The notes below the pieces were generated by a model, which ran no database searches, was not told the origin of the DNA, and saw only the letters and a list, made by a program, of their open reading frames with translations. This document shows positions 12,774-25,892 of a stretch of DNA of 64,000 nucleotides, piece by piece. Position 1 is the first letter of the stretch. Every line of letters begins with the position of its first letter. Origin of the DNA: Euprymna scolopes (taxonomy: Eukaryota); the NCBI GenBank assembly GCA_053919585.1, contig CM132809.1, one strand, 5' to 3'. Made by a program: the position numbers and the translations under genes.

Positions 12774-14380
12774 AATTGTTTGATTTTTTTCGAAGTTAAT
12801 GTTAAATTATGCCCGATAAAAGATTTAACACTTTCAGAGCCGAGATATCAGTAATTTACATTTAAAACCTAAACTTATATTAATATTTTTTATTCACTAT
12901 AAGTATATATATACACGTATTTTGTTGCATTACAGACGAAGACCAACCAACTCATCAGAGAAAATTTATATGATCCTCGAAAATTTTCCGGACACAAAGG
13001 GATGAACACATTAATGAACAATATAATTTAAGTTTTTATAATTATAGACGTGTTTACGAATTTTAGTTTTAAAACGAAAATTACACAACTGTTAAAAATT
13101 AATTATCAAAAAAATAGTATTAATAATGGAAATACGAAACATCTGAAAATATGGCAATATGGAAATTGACATATTTTATCTTCTTTTCTTAAAGGTGGAC
13201 TTATAACTAAAATTCGAATATTCTATAATACTTAGCATTTTATATAAAAAAACTCCTCTATCGATTGTGATATTGCTGGGTTTATTTTTGACATTTAGCA
13301 GACATGTTTATTTTATGTATTTGACAGTTTCTAAGATAAATGATGTGTCAGAATATTTTCAATAACTATATAATAAATAAAGGAAAATCTGGCGAAAGTC
13401 CAAACAAAAGAGTTCGATCCAAATTAATATATTATACAGCCTAAGATCAGAATCGAATGTGTTGAAGTTTTATAACCACAAAGCCCGGATGGTCTGCCAT
13501 ATTAAATTAATAGTACGTTCTTTGATATTACAAGCGTACTTCAAAAATAGAGTTCTGTTGATTTTCCTCTGATGCTACAGTTATAATTTTAAAATAAAAT
13601 TCAAGTTATTAGCACTGCAACACAAAAATATGCGAGACATTAAAAAAAAATCAACTGTAGTCTCTTTGATATGACAGAGCCGCGTTAAATCGGTGCTCCT
13701 ATTTAAAGCAGGGTTAAACGATGATATTAACTGTTTTCATGTTTACGTTTTATAGAAACCGTTATATAAAAAGATAATCAGATATCAAATCCAGCGAAGT
13801 TTCCTTGCAATGTAATGTTAACTTCAGTTTGTTGTTAACATAATAGCTGTGTAAGGGCTTGTGTGCACTTCCGCCCAGTACACCAATCTACCTACTTTAC
13901 GAATAGATGACTAAGACGATGTCATGGATAATAAAAATAAGTTAGTATTCGTTGTTTAACAGTCAAGCTTCAAAATGGTTATTAACAAAAGGTTTATACT
14001 CAATGCGGCTAAATTGGCAAACGGAAGTATTCCTAGTAAAGGGTATGCGAACATATTATTTTTCTAGTTTTTGGTTCAGTTTTGATTATAAAGAAAAAAT
14101 GCAATTAAGACAGTTCGCGGTCCCTAAAATAATTATTAAATATAATTATACATAAAAAATATAAAAAAAAACAATTATATTAATTATTTTTTATGAGATA
14201 TTTATTTTCTAATCACACAAAGTCGTTCACTAATTATTGAGTAGTCAACAGTAAATATAATATCTCCCTTTCTAACTTTAAATAAATCGACTAAATCTGC
14301 CTTCATATGTAAGCCAATATACAAACATAAAAGAAAAATATAATGATATATTGTGTTATTAAATGAAAACAAACGATATA

Positions 14381-14425
<45 letters not shown>

Positions 14426-14427
14426 CT

Positions 14428-14756
14428 ACTTCATTTACTCACATAAAATTAATATACGAAAGTATAGATTTATGCGTAAACTTTAAGTATTTACTGCAAA
14501 AGTGTTCGATACGTAGGTAGAGCTAGTTAGTAAGTTATAAAATATATATGGCGATTAAGCTACACTGAATATTCGGCGTTTCATCCACTGAAGGATTCGT
14601 CAGGCTTATGCGCGAATTCTGTGTTTTTTTCTCGTTTTTTTATATACGTTGAGGATTTTAGTTAGCCAATAAGTTTCTAGTACCCACCGCGCCGCTTCCT
14701 ATCAGCCAATGGGCATGCATTTTATCGAACAAAGGATATGTTTTAAAACTAGGTTA
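14428..14756 (-). mobile_element. Short copy of the hammerhead-containing repeat
   Basis: Matches 6881-6990 joined directly to 7681-7970, and ends at (TA)n 14377-14424. Confidence 0.75.
14556..14608 (-). ncRNA. Minimal type-I hammerhead ribozyme
   Basis: Minus strand reads taagc-CTGACGA-atcc-ttcagt-ggat-GAAA-cgccgaatattcagtg-TA-gctta. Stems I and II pair perfectly, stem III is quasi-palindromic, and the cleavage triplet is GUA. Confidence 0.85.
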
Positions 14757-14962
14757 GTGGTTTAAGGCAGACGTTTTCCTTCTTTTTTATGTATATAAAT
14801 ATACATATGTGTACATACATGCACACATATATACACATATATATATATATATATACATCTATGTGTGATCGTTTATGCGTATTCATGTTTATTTAATTTA
14901 TTTATTTGTTTATTTTCTATGGTTTTTGTTAGTTTTAAAGCTATTTTGTATCGCTATGTTTC

Positions 14963-15249
14963 CCCCACATATAAGACCTTGGCCTCTGTAGGGACAAACC
15001 TTCATACCAATTCTACTTATCCAGCTTCCCTACTCCCCGGGGAGTTGATCCCCATTTCCACTTCACTCCTCCCATTAAAAATCGGCCTTGTGCCTAATTT
15101 GCTCGGTGGGGGAGCAAATAAATACCAACCCCACATATAAGACTTCATACCAATTGTCACTATCAAGCTTCCCTACTCCCCGGATAGTTGGCCCCCATTT
15201 TACCTTCACTCCTCACATTAAAAACCGGACTTGTGCTTAATTTGCTCGT
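14963..15249. repeat. Tandem duplication of a ~120-165-bp unit
   Basis: CCCACATATAAGAC..TTCATACCAATT..CTTCCCTACTCCCCGG..TTGTGC.TAATTTGCTCG occurs twice. The second unit lacks ~22 bp. Confidence 0.85.
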
Positions 15250-16474
15250 TTCGCGGACCTTATAGATACCCTTTTCTTGGCATTTTGCCCAAGATAAAAG
15301 TGTAGTATCTATCCTTACTACATGATTCACTAATGTCTGTAACTTTATGATATATAATGGCGGATCACATTTCTGTATTAATTTAACGTAAAATTATCAT
15401 CCTCTATACCCAAAGCCACCCAAGTCATTCTCCAGACCATTCAATTGTTTTTGAAGGATTTCAGTAATTAGTTAGCATTCAATTCATCCTTAAGTTCATT
15501 AAATTCATTCTGAGTCAATTACTTTTTATGTATTTAAGTCATTTCAACCCATCTTTCGGTCATTTTAGTTTATCTTTAAGAATTTCATGTGAATCCTACA
15601 TTCACGGATTCATTCATTACACGAGAGCAGGCGAAAATGGATATCAGCCTTGTTAAATTCATGTGAGCATATACGCAATCCAGCATCTTAGATTATTCTA
15701 ATCTGCATTAGCAAAAAGCGATATCGCAAGTAGACGGTTGTCTTAGTTCGAACATTTTAGTCTAATTTATTTTCTATATTGATATTAAATATGTTTATAT
15801 TAATATACTTATATTATTGTATACCTTCGATATTTTTTTTACAAATAATATCATTGCTGAATTTTGTGTTCTTCTGATTTGTCTTTTTTCAACAAAAATG
15901 TGTATTTGCGAACAATCTAAGAAATTGATATGTGCGTTTGTTATTCTATTAATTACTTACTTATCCGCTTATTACGTATCCCCTTCATGACATTTCTGAA
16001 ATAAAAGCTGTTATTAATCAAAGCAAACGTGTCTTTATTACTTTTTCTCTACATATGAACACCTTCCTACCTAATTATTTTTGGACATTTTGGTATGTTT
16101 TTATCTGATGCTATCGAAAAAGTAAAATACATTCCAAAGCATTTTAGTTGCTCGTAAAAGTTTATTATTGTTTAACTGATTAATTAGATCTAATCGGTGC
16201 CCTTCCAATAGTATGTATGCAATTGTCGAATAAATTTTATGAATAAAAATATAAAGATGCAGAATCAGAAGAGGGGGAAAATTAGAAAAGCCAGAAAAGT
16301 CGAAAGGATGCTGAAATTCGGCAAACGTGCATATTTTTTTTTGGTACGTGACCAAATTTGTTCTGTTATATGCAATCGTGATTTAGTCGTTAGTTGCCCA
16401 AAAGGTAAATAATAATAAGAAACAGCACTTGTAGGAGAAAATAAATATAATGTTGTTGACTGCTGAGAAAACTA

Positions 16475-17030
16475 CAGGGTGGTCAAAAAGTCAGGTACCA
16501 TTTTAAAGAAAAACGATATTAGCAATACACGTATATTTAAGTACCATACATTGAAATATAAAATGAAACAAACATGAAATGTTTATTTTGTTAATTGTCG
16601 TCCATTTCTCTCTATCAATAGCTGGAAGCGATTAACCACTGATTGTGTAACACGTGTAATCATGTCAGCTGTTATCCGCGCAATCTCCTCTTCAATAAAT
16701 AACTAAAGACGCTATTGTATCAGGCTTCTTCCCATAAACGCTATCCTTTACATAGCCCCAAAGCCAGAAATAAGGAGGGGTAAGATCCGGAGATCTGGCT
16801 GGCCATTCAACTGGGCCACGGCGACCAATCCATCGTTGTGGAAAAATTTCATCCAAGAAATCCCTGGCAACATGAGAAAAATGTGGTTGGGCGCCATCCT
16901 GTTGAAAATATAACTTATTGAAGTCTGGGCGATTTTGAATGGCTGGCAAAACTTTATGTTGCAATAGTTGCTGATACCGTATACTTGTTTATCTACCTTT
17001 AACATGTTACCTGACTTTTTGACCACCCTG
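16475..17030 (-). mobile_element. Internally deleted Tc1/mariner element, DD41D (rosa-type) spacing
   Basis: Perfect 23-bp TIRs CAGGGTGGTCAAAAAGTCAGGTA with TA on both sides. The ORF FQQDGAQPH..WIGRRGPVEWPARSPDLTPPYFWLWGYVK has 41 residues between the second D and the third catalytic position (here Y, codon TAT). Confidence 0.92.
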
Positions 17031-17720
17031 TAGATGCCAACTTGTTTAAAATTGTCTTATTTAATTGCTTTCCAACATTAAAACACGACCGATCACTATT
17101 TGGGAGGGGATTTTCTTTATTTGATATTTGTAATGATGGGAATAGGTTAGCCATACGATCTGTCCACTATCCCCTGCTTTTTGTTGTAACACATGGAGCC
17201 CTTCTTTAAGTATTCTCGCTGCTCCCTTAGGTGAGATGGTCCGGATTTCTCTTGAAGTTATTTCACAAAGAATATTAGTTATATAGGACGGCATGTTAAA
17301 CTTCATAAGCCATTTGCCATAATTTTTATCTCCTTCAGATTCCAGTTTCTGTTCATATCATATATGGTGGTAGGTGATGTTGTTTCTCTGGTTTTGCTCT
17401 GTTCTGACATCGATCATACGCGACACTCACTTCAACTAAGGTTGTAACTCTCTCTGACATATTTAAGATAAATATGCCAGGTTTCACAGCCGCATTTTAT
17501 AGGTAGTTCGCTGTAAAGATTACGTGACCTTAATGCATGGTATGCCAGTAATTGTTTATTTTTTCAGGAATAGGCAACTTTCCAATGCTTTATTTTTCTT
17601 GAGGATCAATTTTTCCTAATAAAAAACAGTAGCATTTATCCATCATTAATGGCGTAAGTTCAAATGTAAATAGACACGAATCATAGAAATTAACTTAGTC
17701 AGGTTTAGTACTTGTGAATA

Positions 17721-17781
<61 letters not shown>

Positions 17782-18037
17782 GACGATAACAATCTCTTCT
17801 AAATCACAAAGAGTTAATCAAAGATTTAACTAGCCAGATATCCTAAGATCAAGAGATTTATGAGATAAAATATTGAGAAAAGAGTGAATTTNNNNNNNNN
17901 NNNNNNNNNNNNNNNNNNNNNNNNNNNNNNNNNNNNNNNNNNNNNNNNNNNNNNNNNNNNNNNNNNNNNNNNNNNNNNNNNNNNNNNNNNNNNNNNNNNN
18001 NNNNNNNNNNNNNNNNNNNNNTATATATACGTAGTCA

Positions 18038-18078
<41 letters not shown>

Positions 18079-18343
18079 CATTTACAGGGATTTTTATAAA
18101 TGAAATTATTTATTTTTTTAGAATCAATTATCTCAACNNNNNNNNNNNNNNNNNNNNNNNNNNNNNNNNNNNNNNNNNNNNNNNNNNNNNNNNNNNNNNN
18201 NNNNNNNNNNNNNNNNNNNNNNNNNNNNNNNNNNNNNNNNNNNNNNNNNNNNNNNNNNNNNNNNNNNNNNNNNNNNNNNNNNNNNNNNNNNNNNNNNNNN
18301 NNNNNNNTGATTGATCACACAAATACACAAACATATGTGCATA

Positions 18344-18374
<31 letters not shown>

Positions 18375-21300
18375 GCATATTTATATACGTGTAAAGTGAT
18401 ATATAGGTAACTAAATAATTGTTTGCATATTACCCTATATGACACTAAGTTTATCATCTACATTAAAAATGTGTCGACTTTGTACGCCGCGTCTTATTTT
18501 GCAGAAATAATATGTACACTTATGGGTAAAATAGTTTATTATTTTGTTATTTAAAAATTATTTGTATCTTTTAAACTAACAAATTTATTAGTTTCGAAGA
18601 TGTAAAATGCTTTTGTGATAGTACAAAAATGCAACTTCCAAATTTATATATGCATTATCTAAGGATAAATACAAACCATGTTTATTGAAGAATTTAAACC
18701 CCCAAAATCTTCATGTGGTTATCCTCTTTTCGTTCATTATAAGTAATGAAATTCTTTTTTGAACATCATTCCCCGTTTTAATGTGTTTTCCCATAGAAGA
18801 GTTATGTCTTTGAATAGATTTATTGCAATAGAACCCATCTCCATCTAATCCTGGACTTGTGTCATTGTCAGAAGCCGTAAATAAAATTATGGTTGTGTAG
18901 CCCGCATTACTGATTCTATTCGTCGGGTCTTCTACATTATTTATTATTCCACATATTTCAATTCATAGTTTATAGGATCACTGGTCATTTTTTTCCATAA
19001 ATAACACTCTAGTAGCGATGTTAATAATAAGAAATACGATGAAATGCACTTAAGATGTAAACATCTAACTTCCATCTTAATATAAGTGATGTTAGTGTCC
19101 TTAGAGAATTGATCTGAAAGAAAACAGTACATACAAAATTCTAATATAACGCTCAACTACATAAGACTATGCCTACCTAAAATGTAATGAAAGCGAATAC
19201 ATTCATTTTCAGTAACTGCTCTGAGTTAGAAGTATATCCCCCTCATTGATCTGGGTGTGATAATTTTAAAGAACTGGCAAACTTTATCAACTCCCATATA
19301 AATGTATGATTTGGTTTAATAAGTCTGTATATATCGTGTTTTGTATGTCACACATACAATCAGAAGGATAGAAAAGACTTACTGTGTCGCAATATAAATA
19401 AAACATAACAAAGCATATAGTGAAGTGAAACAATTATATGAAGGGTGATGGGCATACAACACAACTTTCACTTTGAAAGTTGACATGTGTCACGTACTTT
19501 CTCCAAATAATATTTAACATACTTAGAAATTAGTTAATTTAATTATAACCAAGATACTATTGTAAATCCAATTTAATATATTAATATCAGATCTACACGG
19601 ACAAAAGAATGAAACTACGTCACTGTATAGAATTTTTAATGCAGCTGAAATGTCGCCCGTGTAATGTCATACCGGAAATATAGCTATATGTAGATTACAA
19701 CATCCAAAAAATCTCTGAATGTAATTGCTGAAGGAAGTGTGTTTTTCTAAATACGTATCAGCATGCAGAACTGTGTATATCAACCAGCGAAATTAAGCAG
19801 AATAGGTAAACCCGTGTTTTTAATTTTATGTATCGTAGATTCAACTAGGTGTTATGCGTTAAGCACTGTTTTACATGTGTTTACGTATTATTTGGAAAAT
19901 GCGGATCAAAAAATAAATAAGCTCGAAGCCAGAAAATATAAGCATAAAATAGAAAACAAAACCTTGCAAGCTTCCACGTTGATAAGATCAGTCACAGAAC
20001 CTGGTATAGTTACCTGTCAGGCACCTCTACATCGAATGAAGCAAAAATAAACTCTTGTTTATATTTTTGGTTAGAAAGATGAAACTAAATACAATGCAAA
20101 AAAAATCACTTTGTAATGTTTTTTTCATTCGTAATATAAACAAGCAATACATATTCTGGTTCGCATACATCACGCATATAACCAGTCTATATTAAAGTTG
20201 CCGTGGCGTTTAACTAATTAGGGATACAATAATTCTAGTGAATTATACTTTTCTTTGCCCAATACATTGTTAATATGTATTATTCCGGTCTTTATGTACG
20301 CCGTATGATAATAAGTGGGTAGATAAGACGTTCCTCAAATCTACGTGTAATGCATTATCGTAGATTCTTGGGACAATTTGAATTATTTGTTAGTATCACG
20401 TCTTGTTTTTTTTTTTTTTTTTTTTTTTTGCTATTAAACAATATCAAAATATTATTGTCCGTTGTTTTTTCTATATAACTTTCTTTAAAGTAAATCAAAT
20501 GGATTAAAGGAGAAAACATAACCAGCTAGGTATTTGAAGTATTTATAACATTTTATGTGTTCATAATAACACTTATAAATGCCACAAGATTTACACAAGA
20601 ATGAATCTAGCGCCACGATAAGAGCATTCGAAACAATACATGCAAAGAACATCAGATACTTAAAAACAAATAGATTACAATTACGACGACTCAACTTACA
20701 TTTCTTTACATAAGACGTAAGGACAAAAGCATTGTATTCACAGAGGATGCTGCCCTGTTTGCACTATCTAATAAATAGAATGTTCTATAAACGGAGTACG
20801 GCAGTTACATTTCTGTTTAAGAATATAATTGTTGCAGTTAAAGCTACAGGCCTTATTGCTCTGAAGGATTTACGGGTGTAATTTCGGTTCATTCGATTTC
20901 TTGCGTTGAGGATAATGAGTAACGGCTAAAAAAGGATTAATCTTCCAGAAGATTACGCAGCCATTTTGGCGTTAATGGATTTATAAGATGAGGATTAATT
21001 ATTCTGTATGATATGGATTCATCGGATTATTTTTCTTATCTTGAGTAATTGTGTTAACGTTTCTGTCAATGTAAACCACAAAAACTCTACCGAGTTCGAA
21101 ATTAAGGTTTCGCAAGTATACATAAATATTTTCGAGTTCGAAAAAAAAACATGAATCATTGAGAAAACCGTTGTACAAAAAAACAAAAAAAAACAATCAA
21201 TATAAGAACACTAGTTCGAAGAGTATAAACAATTCGATAAAAATCATTATCAATACAAAAGCCCTAACAAGATCGGGATTTATCATGATCAAGCTTGACA

Positions 21301-21511
21301 AGATAGTAAACAGGGAAAGCAATACTGAATTTATATTAAGAACAATAGCCTCAACATTTTAGCCAAGGTTTGGGAAAATCAAATAGACTGATCCGACGTT
21401 ATTGGCAAAAAGTGTAATTCCTGGTAAATTTTGAATATTTTTCATCTCTATTTGGGCTACTGGGAGCGCCGAATCCCGGTGTAAATGGATAACGGTGTAG
21501 TTTACGGCCTT

Positions 21512-22022
21512 AACACAAGTATATTTGTAGTTGACCCCCGTGAAAACGACTAGGTAGTCAGACATATGAAGTTTTTGTTGAGCAATAAAAAGAGAGTCAC
21601 AAAACGGGTGTTTTTAGCCCTGATACTCCCCAGGGGTGAGCACCATAATTTGGACAGGGTCACCCATACTGGATTTATAATGAAGACAATCGGTTCCATA
21701 TTTTAGCCAACATTACAAAAAATCTAATAAATGGATCAAAAGTTATGGGGGAAACGTGCCACTTTTGGCCATTTTGGGGGCATTTTTCGTATCTTGTGAA
21801 CTTGTGAAGCGGGAATTCTCAATCAAAATTGTTTTTATTGTGCACGTCTGTTTAATGAAATACAATTTCTGACAAATTTTCAGGAAAACACTAATTGATG
21901 GTTATCTGGCAATCGTCCGGAAACGCAAGTACGAACGCATTGACACACGAGCACACGGTCATACGGTCACACGGACGCCACTGAAACCATAGGACCCTCT
22001 CCGATAAATCGGGGCACCAATA
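21512..22022 (-). mobile_element. Probable Helentron-associated non-autonomous element (DINE-1/HINE-like)
   Basis: One end reads ACAAGTATATTTGTAGTTGACCCC. The other has an (ACGG)-like microsatellite and a GGACCCTCTCCGATAAATCGGGGCACCAA hairpin. There is no ORF. Confidence 0.5.
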
Positions 22023-22781
22023 AACATACGATGATATCTCTTAAAATATGCCAGAGTATTTATTACATTTATGAAAGTCCTGTTATGAGTGTGAGTTCTT
22101 TCCATATAGGTTCCGAAATGGCTGCGCTTATATTTTCCAATTTCACACAAAGCTAATATATTAAACTGCCGTGTGTTTCGATATGTTTTGTTGGGAAATT
22201 TATTACATAAGTTTGAGAAATCGAATAAATTACACTGTATAAATGTGTTTTCTTCTCTTATAGATATAAAAGAAGCACGTTTACAGGACAATATTTTAAG
22301 TAACACCAGCCAAGGTTATAGTTTCATTTTTTTCTTGGGCTGTTAGAAATCTAGTTATAACTTATTCTTCACTTGGGAAGGTAAAATGAAACTTCATTTA
22401 TACAAATTCATTTTCTCTGTAGAACACACATATATCATTCGAAGTGGAAGTTACGTTTGCCATGTATTACAAATAAATAATAAGTATGCCCTGCAAAAAA
22501 ATGTATATGAATAAATCGTGTGATGCCTATTCATGTAAAATATAAACCTCTTCTATATATTGAAGAAATGTACGCAATATTTAAAAGTATGGGACTTATA
22601 TACACTACTACTCAAAATAACAACTTTTTCACACCTGGATGTTCTGAAAATTCTGTTCCTTTCTTTAACAAAATTGCGTAACTAATATTGATATCAGCGC
22701 AAAGATAATTTTAACATAGTTCGTTGCCGCAAATTGCAATATATTCGGTTCTTCATAGAAAAACAGGATGCATTCTATATA

Positions 22782-22849
<68 letters not shown>

Positions 22850-22851
<2 letters not shown>

Positions 22852-23290
22852 TACTCTTTGTCTCGGCAGCCATGTTACACGCATATCTTACGTTTCTTTT
22901 ATTAATATTATTAGAATTCCCCCCTTTCCTTGTACATATTTGTGAATTATTCCACGGATGTCGGCCTTTTGGGATTATTTTTGACCATCTTCCAATTACG
23001 CGATTTCCATGTGCGAATGGAAATTCAATTAACATGCTTGGATTTACATTTTTGAAGTTGACCGTCATTGGATACTTTACATTTCACCAGACTATCCATT
23101 CACGTGCGATCACCTTTTTCTTTGCCGTATTCTCTGCTTCACTTGTTGTCATCAAGTAAAATCATTGACTTATTGCAGTTTACTAAAATACGTTTGTATG
23201 CAAAATCCTTTCCCACATTTTGCTAATTCCTAGGTTGTGATGAGAAGCAAAGTATTTCTTCGAAACTCCGCGGATTAAGGAGTATCCACC
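22850..23290. mobile_element. Fragment of an unclassified TIR element related to 31043-31373
   Basis: 23010-23290 aligns with 31105-31373, including the terminal TTCTTCGAAACTCCGCGGATTAAGGAGTATCCAC. Confidence 0.55.
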
Positions 23291-24657
23291 TATTAATTGA
23301 TTCCATTTCAGATTAAATGTTTTTTTACTCTTTTGCAAAGTGTTTGTAAACATGTNNNNNNNNNNNNNNNNNNNNNNNNNNNNNNNNNNNNNNNNNNNNN
23401 NNNNNNNNNNNNNNNNNNNNNNNNNNNNNNNNNNNNNNNNNNNNNNNNNNNNNNNNNNNNNNNNNNNNNNNNNNNNNNNNNNNNNNNNNNNNNNNNNNNN
23501 NNNNNNNNNNNNNNNNNNNNNNNNNNNNNNNNNNNNNNNNNNNNNNNNNNNNNNNNNNNNNNNNNNNNNNNNNNNNNNNNNNNNNNNNNNNNNNNNNNNT
23601 TATATTCATGTAGAGAAAACATTTTTGCACTATAATTATCGATTTCTCAATCTCCTTATATTAAAACTTTCTTTCCTGTTTGTCTATTATTCCAGTTCCC
23701 GATAAAAGAACCTTTTCACGATGTATTCCCCTGACATATTGCAAGTGCGTTTATGTTGTTTAATACTCTCTTCTATTATTTTTTTCTAAATCATTTGTGT
23801 AAGGCATAGCTTATATCTAATACCATAGTTTGTATTATGCACTTTCAAAACTTATATAATTTAATATAATTATATCACGGTATTATAGCTTAANNNNNNN
23901 NNNNNNNNNNNNNNNNNNNNNNNNNNNNNNNNNNNNNNNNNNNNNNNNNNNNNNNNNNNNNNNNNNNNNNNNNNNNNNNNNNNNNNNNNNNNNNNNNNNN
24001 NNNNNNNNNNNNNNNNNNNNNNNNNNNNNNNNNNNNNNNNNNNNNNNNNNNNNNNNNNNNNNNNNNNNNNNNNNNNNNNNNNNNNNNNNNNNNNNNNNNN
24101 CAGGGCACAAAATGTTTTCAATAATAATAATAATAATAATAGAATAACAATAACGAAGTATTTCGGTAGTGAGGACTAATATTGAGCGTAACCAGTTATA
24201 CACTCCTTTTGAAATTTTCATCTCTTTTTTTTCGTTATCTACTGAATATTTCTATGAAACCTATATGAAATATATTACTTATTTAATTGTAATGATTTTA
24301 TATTCTGAAAGAAGTTTAAAAAAAGATATCAAAAAAAATAATTTTAAAGTTTTTTTTAAGAAAACCAGGTTTTCTTATTATTCAGACATGTATGTCAAAG
24401 AGAAAGTTGCAAAAAAAGATTAGTGGAGTGAGGAGAATTACAAATTAAAACAGAGAGAATATTTAGACCTGTAATAATACAAAGAGGGGATTGCAAAAAT
24501 GAGTTGTGGTGTGAGGAGAGATACAATCTGAAATAGAGAGTGAAAGAGATTTATAAACACATACTAAACTACATTATACTTGTTTAAATCCAAATTTATA
24601 AATTAAATAAAATATAATCTTAAAAAGATAGGATACAAGTTGGAAAAAAAACATTTC

Positions 24658-24915
24658 ATCCAAGGCATGAAAATTGTTAAACAAAATGTTTTTACTATAC
24701 GCTTTAAAAAAAAGGTACACGATTCAATTTGAAATGCATTTATCTTCAAAGGGCACTTCTACACATTTTACAAAGTAAGTAATTAATTTGAATACCTTAC
24801 TTTGTAACATTTATAAAAGTACACTTTGAAGATAAATAAATTTCAAATTGAATCGTGTACCATTTTTTTAAGCTTATAGTAACAACATTTTTGTAAAAAA
24901 TTGCATGCCTTGGAT
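24658..24915. repeat. Foldback palindrome (~125-bp arms, centre ~24787), right end at a gap
   Basis: ATCCAAGGCATG..GGTACACGATTCAATTTGAAAT..TTATCTTCAAAG is mirrored by CTTTGAAGATAA..ATTTCAAATTGAATCGTGTACC..CATGCCTTGGAT. Confidence 0.9.
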
Positions 24916-25811
24916 NNNNNNNNNNNNNNNNNNNNNNNNNNNNNNNNNNNNNNNNNNNNNNNNNNNNNNNNNNNNNNNNNNNNNNNNNNNNNNNNNNNNN
25001 NNNNNNNNNNNNNNNNNNNNNNNNNNNNNNNNNNNNNNNNNNNNNNGTAGAATTTAAAATGTATATTGTAAAAAGTATTCCTTAAGAAATTCGATGTCTT
25101 ACTGTTGGGCACATTAAATTTGAAATAGATATTCAGTTGTATAAGTGCGCAACGCAGATCAAGATGTTTTGATAATTAGGCAACTATGATCGAATGTAAC
25201 GACCTTGAAAAAAATGTAAACATTTCACCAATATTTATCGCGCTTGAGTTTGGACTTTGAGGTTGTCTTTTAACTTATATAAATCATAAGATGTCTTCGT
25301 GTCCCTCAGCCGGTAGAAATCGTGTCAGCCTGCACAGATGGCTCTCGAATTGATGAAACGCTAGTGTATGTAGCTATGAAATTTATAGAGGTCGCTAGCT
25401 AACACTCTCCGAACAATTAACAACAAAATAAAAACTAAAAGTGAATAAACCGAATAATAGCCTCCCTGCCTCCAAATATAAGCGAACACCCAAGAACATC
25501 AAGACATACTTACCAAGAAATCATCTCACCAACGAGACGCTTAAACACTTTAACATTAAGACTCGAATTTTAAAGTACCCCCTCTTCCCACCTACACATG
25601 TTCCCCATTCCCCTCAGTGTATACCTGTGCCCTCAGCCACACCAGAAATGAACTTCCCAGACCCTCCCCCACAAGTTCCTTAAACCCCAAAACTAGTAGC
25701 TGAAACAATAATGTAACTTAACAAAAAAGATACAGTAATAAAAAATAAAACGCATACTTGCTCTACAACAGTATTTGGGCACTTTCTTCAGTTTTTATTA
25801 ATCAACATTTC

Positions 25812-25890
<79 letters not shown>

Positions 25891-25892
<2 letters not shown>

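Noticed and set aside
17130-17340. KWLMKFN and SHLREQ peptides hinting at an L2/CR1 RT tail
   Set aside because: Too decayed to support a call.
25325-25375. Possible hammerhead (GAAACGCTAGTGTA with palindromic stem III)
   Set aside because: There is no intact CUGANGA or pairable stem II.
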